From NCBI RefSeq assembly GCF_009914755.1, contig NC_060947.1: DNA of 64,000 bases. One strand, given 5' to 3'. Below, in pieces: positions 39,044-57,829 of the stretch. The DNA is from the human T2T-CHM13v2.0 reference genome, Homo sapiens. Position 1 is the stretch's first letter. Every line of letters begins with the position of its first letter. Position numbers and translations under genes: made by a program. Below the pieces are notes generated by a model that searched no databases, was not told where the DNA came from, and worked only from the letters and a program-made list of their open reading frames with translations.

Positions 39044-39385
39044 CAGGTCTACAATTTGTTATCCATGATTCCCATATCCAAAAATACTCTGGAAACTGAG
39101 TTTTATTTATTAAGCATTTGGTGGCAAAAGCAGGCGTTACCTAAATTAATCTGACCACAAAACCTGATCTGGGTTGATGTGAGGGTGCTTATAGTTTTAT
39201 TTATCCCATTTAGTATATTCATACATTTTGCTCCAGAAATATTTCTTTGATTATGTGGTACTATCCCAGAGCTGATGGATGATATTACATAATATACAGC
39301 ATATACACCCATTACCTTTCTAAAATTCACAAAAGCCTAAACTCTGGAAACACCTGTCCCCAAGAGTTTCAGAAAAGCACTTAAA
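39044..39385. mobile_element. Ancient TcMar-Tigger-type DNA transposon remnant
   Basis: ta|caggtctacaatttgttatcc start and 'ccccaagagtttcagaaaag' end resemble Tigger-type TIRs; family uncertain. Confidence 0.55.
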
Positions 39386-39599
39386 GACTTAATGTTATCT
39401 TCATAAGTCCCTTTGAACTCTCCTCCTCTTATTCAAGTCATAAGACGAGTCACACAGTATACTAGCATTAGCAAATAAGTTGCTGTGTATTGGCCTAAGC
39501 AATTCATAACACTCTTGGTGTTTTATTGCCTTGGATAATAACGGGAAGGTGAGATAGTAGATGAAAAGCTGGCTTCACAATATAGAATGGAAGAAGCCA

Positions 39600-41880
<2,281 letters not shown>

Positions 41881-42224
41881 GGAAAACATAGGTAGGAGAT
41901 ATATGTATTTTGCTGATTAGCCTCACTACCAAATGGTATATTACAATTAAAGCAAAGCTCAGGCTGCATTCTGCCCCACTTAAAGACATTAACAATCACA
42001 CACAAAAAAATGTCATACAACTTGTTCTTCTATGTTCTTTGAAGTCCTTATCAACTATTTCCTTGGACACTGGCACTTTGCATGAAAGGCTTACTTGGAA
42101 ATGGGTGCACGAACATACTGATGGCACAAACAGTAAGTCTTCTAATCACATCAGACAATAAGTATTAGGTAGGGGGCTGTGGGTGAAGGATTGGCATTAG
42201 TTCAAATATTATCTTGGACATGGT

Positions 42225-42392
42225 AGAGGATGGAAGGTGGAAAAGGAAAGAGGCATGAGAAATTATCTAACGTGTACAATGTACAGTATTCGGGTGATGG
42301 TTACACTAATAGCCTGGATGTCACCAGTATGCAATATATCCATTTAACAAAACTGCACTTGTACCCCTTAAATTTATATAAAAAAGTAAATA
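42225..42392 (+). mobile_element. L1PB-type 3' end
   Basis: 'ggtgatggttacactaatagcc...ctgcacttgtacccc'. Confidence 0.8.
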
Positions 42393-43037
42393 AAGCCAGG
42401 GTCTTAGATGTAAGTAGTTTGAAGTTGTTAGTTGGCTGAGCTCACCAGATCCTCAAAGACAAAGTGGAGGTTCCAGTACAACAACCACAAAATTTGAACT
42501 ATTTTAATTTCACCAATGAAAAATTATTTTGTATACTAATTAAAAAACTCTATTTTGTACACTTACATAGAAATATTGAAGAACTGGAGCATGTCCTTGG
42601 AATGATAACTACTCACCATAGGAATGTGGATCCCTGAATCTAGGTGAAGGGTATGTGGTAGTTTATTATACTTCAAATGTTAACTAACTGTACCTTGGTT
42701 ATAAATTAATATTGACCATGCCTATGTCTTTATCACATTGTATTAATATATACCAAAATGTTTTAAAAGAAATTACAGACCAATTAATGTAGGCTCAATG
42801 TCTTTCTTTCTGCAAATAATTATATTTTTAAGTGTGATATTTGCTGACCTTGGTTGTTCATTTATTCATGAATTTATTCATTTATTTATTCATGAATTCA
42901 TGGATTCACTCAGTCATTATTTAAGACATTTATTCAGTGGTTATTATGTACTAAATATTGTGCTATGTTTTAAAGAGGATACAGATGGAGATCAGACATA
43001 GTGCTTGCTATCAAACTAATGGCAGAGACTAAGATGT

Positions 43038-43391
43038 TGATATGGTTTGGCTGTATCTCCACCCAAATCTCATCTTGAATTGTAGCTCCCATAATTCCCA
43101 CGTGTCATGGGAGGGTCCTGGTGGGAGGTAATTGAATTATGGGGGTGGGTTTTTCCCATACTGTTCTCGTGATAGTGAATAAATCTCATAAGATCTGATG
43201 GTTTTATAAAGAGGAGTTCCCCTGCACATGCTTTTTTTGCCTGCTGCCATGTAAGACGTGACTTTGCCTTCCACCATGATTGTGAGGCCTCCCCAGTCAT
43301 ATGGAACTGTGAGTCAATTAAACCTCTTTCCTTTATAAATTACCCAGTCTTGGGTATGTGTTTATTAACAGTGTGAGAATGGACTAATACA
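43038..43391 (+). mobile_element. THE1 solo LTR inserted in an L2 remnant
   Basis: tgatatggtttggctg...ctaataca; perfect 5-bp TSD gatgt. Confidence 0.93.
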
Positions 43392-43704
43392 GATGTGTAA
43401 TGTGCTAAGCCCTAGCCCTAGGAAGAGTCAGGGACGGTTTCACAGAAAATGTGAGCTTTGCTCTGGTTCTTCAAGGATAGGAAGACAGGCAACAGGTGGA
43501 TAAGGTGAGGAAAGCATACCAGGAAAAGGAAAGTTGATGTGCAAAGGCACATTGACAAAAATAAAGGGTGTGGCAAATTCAAAGAATGGTGAATAGTTTG
43601 ATGTGGTTGGAAGATACGCTGCATGAAAAAAGCAGGTTAGAAAAATAAATTGGGGTCAAATTGTGATGTCCCTTTTTGTGTCATCTTAAATCATTTGATG
43701 CCTT

Positions 43705-43890
43705 CCTCAAACAAATATTTTCAAACTTGCCTGTTTATAAAAATCATCCGGTATTTCTAGAAAATGCAGATTCCTGTGACCTGCCCGCGAAAATTATGCC
43801 TAGGAAGTCTGGAATGAGACTTTGGCAAGTGCTACTTTTAACTGGCTCCCCACACATGCGGAGACTCATAATAGGGCAAGTTTGGGAATT
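43705..43890. mobile_element. MER5-type hAT MITE
   Basis: 'aaaatgcagattcctg' core. Confidence 0.6.
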
Positions 43891-44524
43891 TTATCCTATC
43901 TTTTTCTGCCTGATATACTGGGCTTCCACAAGATATCTGACTTGAGAAACAAACATGAGTCCTCTGATTTTTATATTATTATATTTTAATTTTGCTTCTG
44001 AAATCAGTGCTTTAGACATTAGAAGAGGAGTGCAACATACAAATTCATGTTTCAGAAATATATTTGGCAACAGTGTGAAGGATATACTGGATATGGAAAA
44101 GTAGAGGCAAAGAGCCATCTTAAGAGCCCTCTATAATAGATTAGGTAGAACATAATGAGGTCTTCAGGTCACATCTTAGCAGTGGAGGAGAGGGTGGGAG
44201 GATAGATTTAGAGTATATTTAGAAGGTAGAATGGATAGGACTAGTTTTGATTGTAGTGAGGTGTGAGTGAGAGGGAGATTTTGAGATGACTCCTAGGATT
44301 TTAGTTGAGTAATCAGGTGGATGGTGAATCCATTAACTGTGAGAAAAGGAAAATAGGGCGAAGTGGCAATTTCGGTATGACAGCTTAATTTGAAGTGACT
44401 CCAGTACATGTAAGTAAAGTTTTCCCATAAAAAGTTGAAAATAAAGGTCTGGAACTCAGGAAAGAGGGGCTGAAAAGAAACAAATTTATTAGTCATTCAT
44501 TTCTAGGACAAATGTTCTTAATCT

Positions 44525-44770
44525 AATATTGAGAGTATATAAAAAAACCTCTGCAAATGTATGCAAAATTGTGTGCATGCGTGTGTGTGTGTATGTGTAT
44601 ATATATATATATATATATGATCTAGCTCTCTTTATAGTTACATAATCTGATAAAAAATCATGAAAATCAGATAAAAATGTGTGTGTATGCATTTTTCTGG
44701 GGAGATGGATCTAGATTTCATCAGATTTTTAAAAAATTCCTGGCCTCCAAACAAATGTGAACTGATCTAG
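44525..44770. mobile_element. hAT-Charlie-type fragment containing a (GT)(AT) microsatellite
   Basis: 'gcatttttctggggagatggatctagatttcatcagatt'. Confidence 0.5.
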
Positions 44771-45249
44771 TTAGTGTTCATAAATTTGCATAAAGTTGAG
44801 CATTGTTTGGACTTGGATTATTTTGTCCTTGCTTTGGAGTGTGAGAACTCACTTGGACTTTCCCCCAGAATGTAATATCTATTTGTAATATTACACAAGT
44901 AAGAAATAATGATTTTTTTGTATAAAAGTAACATTATTAGTAGTATAGCTAACCTAGGGATTTCTTCCTATGTGTCTTGAATTTCTGAGACTACTTGGAA
45001 GAAAATTTAAGGATAAACTTATTTGACTGGTTCCTCAAATTAAAGAAAAACTCAGTATTGTAATTTAGTAATTAGTCTTTAAAGAGGTGTGTTTAGAGAG
45101 GGCTTAGCGTAACTTAGAAAAGAGTAGAAGAGCTTGCTTTATTCCATACTTTAACCTATGAATAAAAATGCATCTCTGAAAACAGGTGATTTCCATCTTC
45201 CTTTATTGAAGAGACTTTCTTTTTTGGGAAGTTTTTATTCTTTAATCTG

Positions 45250-45367
45250 TTTGTTATTATTATTATTATCATTATTCTTTGAGACAGGGTCTCACTCTGT
45301 TGCCCAGGCTGGAGTGCAGTGGCACAATCTTGGCTCATTACATCCTCGACATCCCTGGGCTCAGGTG
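45250..45367 (-). mobile_element. Truncated Alu (right-arm fragment)
   Basis: (TTA)n tail then 'gagacagggtctcactctgttgcccaggctggagtgcagtgg'. Confidence 0.88.
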
Positions 45368-45524
45368 AATCTGTTTGTTACTAAAATTGCTATTTTTACC
45401 TTCATTGTAAGTTCACTGCAAGCAATATTTTATAATAAGCTTAAATACATTTAAAACTTAATATTTATATTTAATAGTAGAAAGCAGGAATATAATACAA
45501 TTTCCAGTCTTCAGATTTTGAAGA

Positions 45525-48805
<3,281 letters not shown>

Positions 48806-48976
48806 CCTCAGTGAACTTACATATTTGAATGTTTTCATCATGAACTTGTGTTGAACTTTGCCAAATGCTTTTTCTACATCTATTGAGATAATCATGTGAT
48901 TTTTGTATTTTTAAAAATGCGATGCATTAAGATGATTCACATTTTACATGTTAAATCAAATGTACATACATTTCTG

Positions 48977-49356
48977 TTTTTAATTTTTTAATTTTTAATT
49001 TTTGTGGGTACACAGAACAGATAAAGTCAATGTGGTACACATACACAGTGCAGTACTACTCAGCCACAAAATATAATGCTATCCAATCATTTGCAACAAC
49101 ATGGATGGAACTGGAGATCATTATGTTAAGTGAAATAAGCCAGACACAGAAAGACAAACATTGCATGTTCTCATTTATTGTGGGATCTAAAAATCAAAAC
49201 AATTGAACTCATGAACATAAAGAGTAGAAGCATGGTTACCAGAGGCTGGGAAGGGTAGTCAGTGGCTGGGAGGAAAGGTGGGGATGGTTAATGTTACAAA
49301 AAGAAATAGAATGAATAAGACCTAGAATTTGAGTGCAGGGTGTCTATAGTCAATAA
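48977..49356 (-). mobile_element. 5'-inverted (twin-primed) L1MA insertion
   Basis: Minus-strand tail plus 'ttttgtgggtaca' (48977-49012) joined to a plus-strand 3'UTR piece (49013-49356); flanks tacatttct/tgcatttct. Confidence 0.65.
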
Positions 49357-49574
49357 GTCTGCATTTCTAAGATAAATTCCACTTGATCATGGACTCGCAC
49401 TGTTCTTACCAAGATTTAGTAGATTTTTTAAATTGACATTTTTTTCTACTTCCTGTATTACCTTAAGACAATTTCCATAGACTTTAAGTGGTTATTGTTT
49501 TTAAAAAATAATTTTTAAAGTTATGAATGTCTTGCTGGGAGGAAAGACTGTAGGGCTCCTTATGCACCATTTTG

Positions 49575-51010
49575 TCTCAATTGATTTCAATTCAACGGAG
49601 AAAGAAGAGCCTTTATCCACAAATGGTGTTGGAAAAATTGAACATCCATATGCAAATAAAGTGAACCTCAAGCTATACCTCACATCTTACACAAAAATTA
49701 ACTGGAAATGGATCATAGATATAAATGTAAAACAAAAAACTCCAAACACTGTTAAAAGAAACTGTGCAAGAAAATATTTATGACTTTGGGTTAGGTAGAG
49801 TTCTTAAATATGGCCGCAAAAGCATGATCCATTATAAAATGATAAATTAGACTTCATCAAAACTTAACTTTTTTTCCTGCAAAAAGACACTTTTAAGAGG
49901 TTGAAATGACAAGCCAGTGCCTGAAAGAAAATATTTGTGAACCTCATATCAAACAAAGGACTTTTATCTGGAATATATAAAGAACTCTCAACAGTCAATG
50001 TTTAGAAAACAAATCAACCAATAAAACAATGAAGATGATTTAAACAGATATCTCACTAATAAGCTATATGGATGACAAGGAAGCACATGAAAGGAAGTTC
50101 AATGTAATTAGTCCTCAGGGAAATGCAAATTAAATCCAAAATGTGATATCACTACACGCTTATCAGAATGGAAAAAAAAAACTGAAAATACTTAATGCTT
50201 GTGAAGATGCAGAGCAACTAGAAGACTCCTACATTGCTGGTAGGAATGCAAAATGGTACAGCCACTCTGGAAAGGGACTTCTTGTAAACTGAAATGCACA
50301 ATTACCGAGTGATACAGAAATGGTACTCTTTTTACATTAGAGAAACGAAAACTTGTGTTTACATAAACCATGTATAGGTGTTGATGAGAGTGGGAAGAAT
50401 TTGGACCTTTCATACACTGATGGTAGGAATGTAAGGGGGGCAGCCACTTTGGAAAATAGTATGACAGTTTCCCAAAATTTTAAAGAATTATCACTTTGTC
50501 CAACAATCCACTCCTAAGTATAAAACCAAGATAAATGAAAATATGTCCATATAAAAACTTGTACACAAATGTCCATAGTAGCTTGATACATAATCAACAA
50601 ACTAGGAACAACACTGAAGTCCTTTAAAAAGTAAACAGAATGGAGAAACAAGCAGCAGTATGGCAATTAAAAGGTCTGAACTATTGATCTATAAAACAAC
50701 ATGAATAAATCTCAAAGATATTATGCTGAGAGAACCCAGTTTCAAAGGGTTATATATTTTGTATGAATCCATTTATATAACATTTTAGAAAAGGCAAAAC
50801 TATAGTAACAGAAAGCAGATCAAGGATTTCCGGGGTTTAAGGGCGGGAAAAGGCTTTGGTTACAAAGGGGCAGCATAAGGGAAGGTTTTGAGGTGATGGA
50901 ACTATCTCGTATAGCAATTGTTACGATGATTATAAAATACATTCTTATATTAAATTCAGAACTATACAACAAAAGTTGTTCTATAGTATAATTTTTTAAT
51001 GTTTTAAGCA
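49575..51010 (+). mobile_element. Old L1 ORF2 3' end / 3'UTR fragments
   Basis: ORF 49523-49783 ends 'YLTSYTKINWKWIIDINVK', an L1 ORF2 motif. Confidence 0.82.
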
Positions 51011-52607
51011 ATAATTCTAAATTTTAACTGGTGTATTAAGCACATTGGAGGGAAAAATTCTATAAATCTGAATTATACTAATTGATAATATAATTGATTG
51101 CTCCAATAAAACTAATGTTTCCAGTACCCTGAAATATCATACATTAAACATGCAAACAGTATTTTTCTATAATTGTACATGATCCCAAGAGGATTATTTC
51201 AGATTGTATCGTTGCTTTCTGTTTTGTAGTTCTTATGCAGTAAAGTTGAAACTGAAGACATTCCCATTGACATCTGATAATAGGGTTTTCATAAGCAGTC
51301 ATGCTCACTTTAAACAAGCGTGCTATGGAAAAGTATCACAAGTACAAAGCCAACTAATATGAACTTTAAGTTAAGTAAATAATTTTTTAAGCTAAATTAG
51401 TGAAAAACACAAAGCAGCTGCAGAAGAAGTGGCTGGAGATGTTTTAAAGTGGGGAGAAGACTTTCTCATTCTAGAGAAGTGATTCTCAAGATGGAAGGGC
51501 TGTAAGAGGAAGAGAAGAGAGATGAGGGAGACATATCAGAATCTTGGGGTTGGGGACATGTTCACTTTGAAAACACAGAGCAAGTTCTAAATTATCTTTG
51601 TTTTATTATAAATTTGAAATTTTCAAATAAAACTAAGTATAGGTATGAGATTTTCTACATGGATTCTAGGACATGCCTTTGGTAAACAGATTCAGCTCCA
51701 TTATCTCTCATTCTGAACAGTAGTAAAATATCAAAGGTCAGCCCCAAGGTGTTACAAAGTCCATGGCAATAACAAAGATTTGCTCAGCATGCTCTATTTT
51801 TCGAGGTAGTTAACAATTTTAAAAAAAATTATCAACGAGGAATGAGAAAAGAAAGATAATTTTCATTGGCATAAATTCAGTTAAATAGAAGTTACCTTCT
51901 TCAGCATTTTTAATGGAGTTTTCACTCTGATAATATGAATGTAGTGACATTCAAACATTATGTTGCCAGAGAATCAAGATGATGCAGGGGGTGTAGTGGC
52001 CATAAAATGCAGATCTCAGGCCCTGTCCCCATTAATTCTTATTTTGCAGTTCTGAGATGGGGTCTGTGAGGAGGGTCTAGGAAACTGATCATTTTAAACG
52101 ATTCCTCTATGATTCTTATGTAGATGGCTAGCAGACCACAATTTTAGAAACACACATTTAGAGGGTAGTTGCTCATTTTATAAGATGATTGTTACTTGTA
52201 GCATATGTTTATTAGATTCCTTTAAAGAACAAACTTTCTTTTGCAATTTTGAAATTAATTGTATGTATTAATTATATTAATTAATTAATTATATGTATTG
52301 CCCCTACATATACATGTTTGTCTTCCCAAATAAAAGTCCAATTCAGTACAGCTTTTGAGGTTGTATGAATATTATTTTGTATCCATTGAGCTTACTTGTG
52401 ACTTTGGAGCCCTTAACAAAATATAAACCTCCATTCTTAATTATAAAACCCTATTGATATAATTACCCCACCTTCATCATTTTAACCTGTAGTTTAGCAT
52501 TCTAGCCTTCGTGTCAATTATTCTTTGTTGTTTTATAATTACAAAAATTTTCTATTATAATAAATTAATTTAATTAATTATTGCTGTTTAACAAAATACA
52601 ATAAATT

Positions 52608-52926
52608 CAGAGGCTGGGAAGGGTAGTGGGAAAGTGGAGGGGAGATGGGGATGGTTACTGGGTACAAAAAGTAGTTAGAAAGAATAAATGAGACCTAGTA
52701 TTTGATAGCACAACAGGGTGGCCATAATCAATAATAACAATTGTACATTTAAAAATAACAAAAAGAGTACAATTGGATTGTTAGTAACAAAAAGGATAAA
52801 TGCTTGAGGGGATGGATACCCCATTCTCCATGATGTGATTTTTATGCACTGCATGCCTGTATAAAAACATTTCATGCGCCCCATAAATATATACACCATG
52901 TACCCACAAAAGTTAAAACAATAAAC
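52608..52926 (+). mobile_element. L1MA1-3-type 3' end
   Basis: 'aaggataaatgcttgaggggatggatacccc...gtacccacaaaa'. Confidence 0.85.
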
Positions 52927-52946
52927 TGAGTGTGAGCACAAATAAG

Positions 52947-53401
52947 TTCTGTCAACGGGCAAAATTTCAACAAATTTAGTTTAAAGATCTAATTGGCTTT
53001 TACTTGTGATTCTAGAATAAGGCAACACCTCAGTCTATAAAATGAAATGTGTATTCCGAGGGACTGAGTAGAGGAGGTTGGTTTCATAGGAAGAAAGTAG
53101 CTGAAAAAAGCAAAAACAGAATAAAAAGTGGATTGATCGTTTCTAAGTTACTTTCCTTATGGATTTAAAAATAGGGGTCTTTCTTTTTACGCTGACTCAG
53201 GTTAACTGGAATCTCCTGGCTTTTTCTTTAAAAAAAAAAACAAGAAAAACAAAAACAAAAACAAAAAACACTAGCCCATTTCAAAGTTTAGTTTGATTAC
53301 ATGGCACTCAGCACAAGTGACTTCATTCTGATTTTGTCTGGTCTGCTTGGGCCTAGTGCAAGAGCCCAGTCCAAAACAATGACCTCCCATAAAATTTAGC
53401 A
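52947..53401 (-). mobile_element. ERV1 (MER4-group) solo LTR, family not assigned
   Basis: 'gggcctagtgcaagagcccagtccaaaacaatgacctcccataaaatttagca' resembles a reverse-complemented ERV1 LTR start. Confidence 0.65.
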
Positions 53402-54019
53402 GTTCTATCTTGACATTTGCCCAGCTGTGTGAAATCAGTTAAGTCACAGATCTTTTCTGGTGTCCGGTTTTTATATGTTTGTATATTGGGATAGATGACT
53501 TTTGGCATCTTTTCTATCTATAAAATTCTCATTCTTTAATTTGTTTTGGAAAAGATTAAACTGTCTCTTCAAACGTTTTATTCAAAGTGTTATTGCTTAA
53601 CTGTAAACAAGGTACAGTATTTACTAAAAAAATTATTCTTTTTGAACTCTCCGAGATGATAATCTACAGTCTAAAATAGCCAAAACAAAATAAGAATTCA
53701 AAACCTATAAATCATATAAAATCTGATACATACAAATTTATATAAAAGTTCCATTTCCCTCATCTTGTAAAGCTTATTTGCTGCCCTTAACAAATCTTTT
53801 TAAGAATCAACCAAGTGAGAAACAATATTATATTGGTATAAGTCTGCCCCAAGGCTGAACCATTTATTAATTTTCTTTACAATAAATAACAAAAATTCCT
53901 TCTGTTGTCAGCAGAACTCATATTCAAACACAGGGTTTGAGCTGTGGGGTTAGAGCTGTCAATTATGCTTCCAGGAAATTATTATGATCTTGAAGTTCTG
54001 GTAAACTGTTTCCTGAAGA

Positions 54020-54300
54020 TATTGCCTCAAAGTGTTGATGTAGTTACCAAGGCAAGAAAAATGTTGACTATTTTCAGGAAATTTTGTAGAAACAAAATGT
54101 ATTTTCCTTTTGAGTCTATAAACTCATCAAGAATATAGTTTAAAATTCTGGTCAACATATCTACCAATGTCAGAGTTAGAGAAGATCCAGGAAAGAACCT
54201 TTAAAATGACAGAGGGTCTGGAGAGACATCCATTACAGTTAGACTAAAACAAATGTGACTCTTCCAAGCTGATGGCTGAGAGGAGAAACACAAATTTTTG
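54020..54300 (+). mobile_element. L3/CR1 LINE 3' fragment
   Basis: 'attctggtcaacatatct...gagaagatccaggaaagaacctttaaaatgacagagggtctggag...ggctgagaggaga' resembles the CR1 RT C-terminal region. Confidence 0.6.
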
Positions 54301-54364
54301 AAATGAATAAAATGATGAGATCTCTCAGAAGTGAGGAATAATTCTTGGAGCATGAAAGAAGTAA

Positions 54365-55450
54365 AAATAATAGCCAGCATTTATGGACTACTTGCTGTGT
54401 GTCAGATAGTTTTCTAACGATTTATTTTCTTATTTAATCTTCACAAGAATCTTAGGAGGTAGATTCTATTATTATAACTACTTTAAAGATAAAGGACCTA
54501 AAGCACAGACATGCTTAAGTAAATTGTTTGAGGTCACATAACAAGCTGCAAAGCCAGAATGTAACCTAAAAGTTCTGTTTCCAGAAGGGGTGTGTTGCAG
54601 CACTATATTATGTTGCATATTACTAATAGATACAAATAAATATTATGTTACCCGTTATTTATATATTCACTCAACAAAAATTTTGAACTTATACTGTGTA
54701 CTGGGAACTGTGCTTGGTGCTAGGGATATAGAGATGAACAAACTAAATCTAGAGGAGGAGACAAATAAATCAGTGAAAATTTTCATGATGGCTTGATACA
54801 GTCAGTGGAGGAAAGGGATGGGACAGCTTGTTTCTTAAGCTGAAAATTATTAGTTCTCTAAAACTGGGATAAAATGTGCCTACGTGGAGAAGGAAGAGTG
54901 GTAGGAAAAATGATTAGAGAGATAACCATTATCATAAGGAGTAGTATGAGAGTTTAATAAATGTGGACATTATCTTATTGATTATAGGGGACCGATGAGG
55001 AGGAGTTTAAGCAGGGAAGTTACATGATCATATTTGTATTTTAGAATGATTACTCTCACTGCTGATGCATGGAGAAAAGTTTGGAGGGGGACCAAGGGGA
55101 AGTAGGAAAAGTAGTAAGGAAGACGTTAATGTTGTCTAACAAGAGATAATAGTGGCCGTTAATAAGACAGGGGCAATAAGAATGAAGAGGAAGGTAGATG
55201 AATAAAAAACATAGAAAAGGTAAAATTCACAGGGCTTAATTAAGTGGATGTGGTTGACATAATGCTGTAGTGCTTGGTTGGCATTAGGCTTCAAAAGAAG
55301 GAGAACAGGTAAAGAGGGAAGGGGCGTGTGTATGTGTGTGTGTCTGTGTGTGTTGTGGGTAAGGTGGAAAAATAAAGCAATCACTTTGTAACATGAGGTC
55401 TCAGTTACATGAGCTAAGCAGGTCTATATGCAAGTGTGGATTGCAGAAGA
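54365..55450. mobile_element. MIR (54365-54585) followed by L2 fragments (54660-55450)
   Basis: MIR core 'aagcacagacatgcttaagtaaattgtttgaggtcaca'; L2-type 'attcactcaacaaaaattttgaac' and 'ttaagcagggaagttacatgatc'. Confidence 0.65.
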
Positions 55451-55560
55451 GATTTTTGCTACAGATACAGCTTTTGGTGCCATCAGCATATGAATGAGTG
55501 TGGTTGAGTTTCCTCAAGAAGAATGCATACAGGATATTGTCAAAACCCTTACCCTTAAGA

Positions 55561-55745
55561 CAGTGGTTCACAAACTTAACTGAGTCTCAGAATCATCCTG
55601 AGATCAGAAAAAAAAAAGTGGATTCCCACAACTTGAGATCCTGATTTAGTCCATCTGATGTAGGACCCAGGAATCTTCACTTTAACTGATATCTTAAATG
55701 ATTCTAATGCAAGTGAATTGCAAAATACAATTCGAGGAACACTAA
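55561..55745. mobile_element. MER5A-like hAT MITE
   Basis: cagtggttcacaaactt...ttcgaggaacact TIR-like ends. Confidence 0.65.
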
Positions 55746-57829
55746 ATAAAAAGCTTAACGTGTAAAGGAATAAAGAATCATTAAGTATACTAAATGAGAG
55801 ATAGTTTGCTTATTTACAGTCATATTGTTCTTATGTCCATTCTTTGGAAAACCCATGGAAGTGCTATTATAAATGACTTACATTTAGGATTCCAGCTAAC
55901 CCTTCAAAAGAAAAAGTAATTCGTATTGATGTTGCAGAATTAATTCCTGTGATCATTCTTTGATACTAAGTAATGAAATTCAGAAGTAATCATTGTTAGG
56001 GCAAAGAAGCTGTAGAAAAGTCTGTTTGAATTTAAATTGCAGTTTTCTTACATTGCACCATTACAGCACCAACAAAACCATCTTTCCGTCTACTGATAAA
56101 AGTACTTTATAGATCTACTTCCAGGTGGTTCTGAATTTTTTAAAACCGAAGTCAAATTTGAACAAAGCCACCTTACAAGAATTTGTTTTTTAACTTTGAT
56201 GCACATTGTCATTAACCAAACATATGTTATATTATCCCTACTTTATTGACAAAATCAAGTATATGATAAGAAGGTATCAAAAAATATTACTGATCCAATT
56301 TACTCCAGCACCACTTGACAATCTTGGAAAACATGAGAAACAAGGAACATTAATTGCTGCTCACACACAGTGACTTATTATTTCTGTTGTACTTGAAGTT
56401 CTAAATGTACAACATAGAAATATGGCAACAGGTAAAAATAAGCCTAATATTTATTTTAAATCTGATTAATTACCTCATTAGATTATATATTATAGCATTT
56501 GTTGTAGGCAGACTTAGAAGCTCACAAAAGATATATATTTAGTGCATTATTTTGCCTCATTTTAAAATTTGTCATTAGAAACAGTTTATTTTGCTTTATG
56601 AATGTGAAATTGATGTATATTAATACTTCTTGGATTTATCTCTAAGTCATATTTTGTGACTAATACTTTATAATGGAAGCTCTTACAAAGATCTTAACAG
56701 AAAACACTATTTTGAATTAAGAAAATGCATAGATGATTACAAAGAAAGATACCACGTTGAAATTTCTTCCTTTTTAATAATTTGCCAGACTAAGAATATA
56801 ATCATTTACTGCTCAAGTGGGGCTTATCCAATATCATTAAGGTGAATATTTGCAATAAAATCTAGATGGAGAAAAACAACAAGTGTGTGTTGAAGCAATA
56901 TGCTACGTGTCAGGATGTTTAGTCATTTTCCTTATAAAGTTAACCACTTTTAAATGCAAACTTTCTTAAGAACGCTTAAAAAGAAACTTGCCGTTTGAAC
57001 AAACTAAAAGCCTAAATAATCATGGTACTTGACGGAAGCTTAGAAAACTAACTGAATGATTTAATCATTTTATTTCAGTTAATTATTACAAAAGAATAAA
57101 TAAACTAAGGAGTGGGAATCTGATTGACAGATGAGAATGGGACAGAGTTGAAAAGGAATTGAGTTGATGGTGAGGGACAGAGTCCTATGTTCCCACAGTA
57201 ACCTTCATTGTGTTCGTTATAGTAACATTTGTGTTCATTATAGTAACTTCTGTTGGTTTTTGGATTCTCTTGTTTTCCAGGACTTGGAAGAAGAAGTACA
57301 AACAGCCATTCAACAGGATAAACAGAAATGTGTAACCTAGGAAACCCCAAAATGTTCCAGTGGGGCCTGGAATCAGTTGGACAGCAACACTGATAAGCTA
57401 AAGGAGAAGAGAAATGTTTATGTTCTAAGTGACAAAAAATAGTTTACATAGCATGCACATAGGTGAGCACTGACAGGCATAAAAATATGTATATGCGCCC
57501 CCAAGAGGACTTGTAAAACAGCATATACATGAGTGAAAATACTTTAACAGAGCACTTCCTGATAGATTAAAAAAATACACAAGGACAGATAAGAAGGGCA
57601 ATATAGCAAAGATTTCCTCTTGCCTTTTACAGGTCAAAACCTCACCCAGCAACCTTTCAGATTATGCATTTCCATAAAAGATAATGGCAATTATATTTAT
57701 AATCTGTTGTTTCACAATATGTTTCGAAGTCAAGTTTATCCATATGTAGTCCTTAAAATGTATTACCAATTTAATAGACTAAAAAATTCAAGACATTTTT
57801 TAGAAGAATAGCATGGATGGTAAAATATA

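Noticed and set aside
44618-44730. Short patchwork resembling the reverse complement of adjacent 'gatttcatcagatt'
   Set aside because: Matches of about 12 nt in AT-rich DNA are too short to distinguish from chance.
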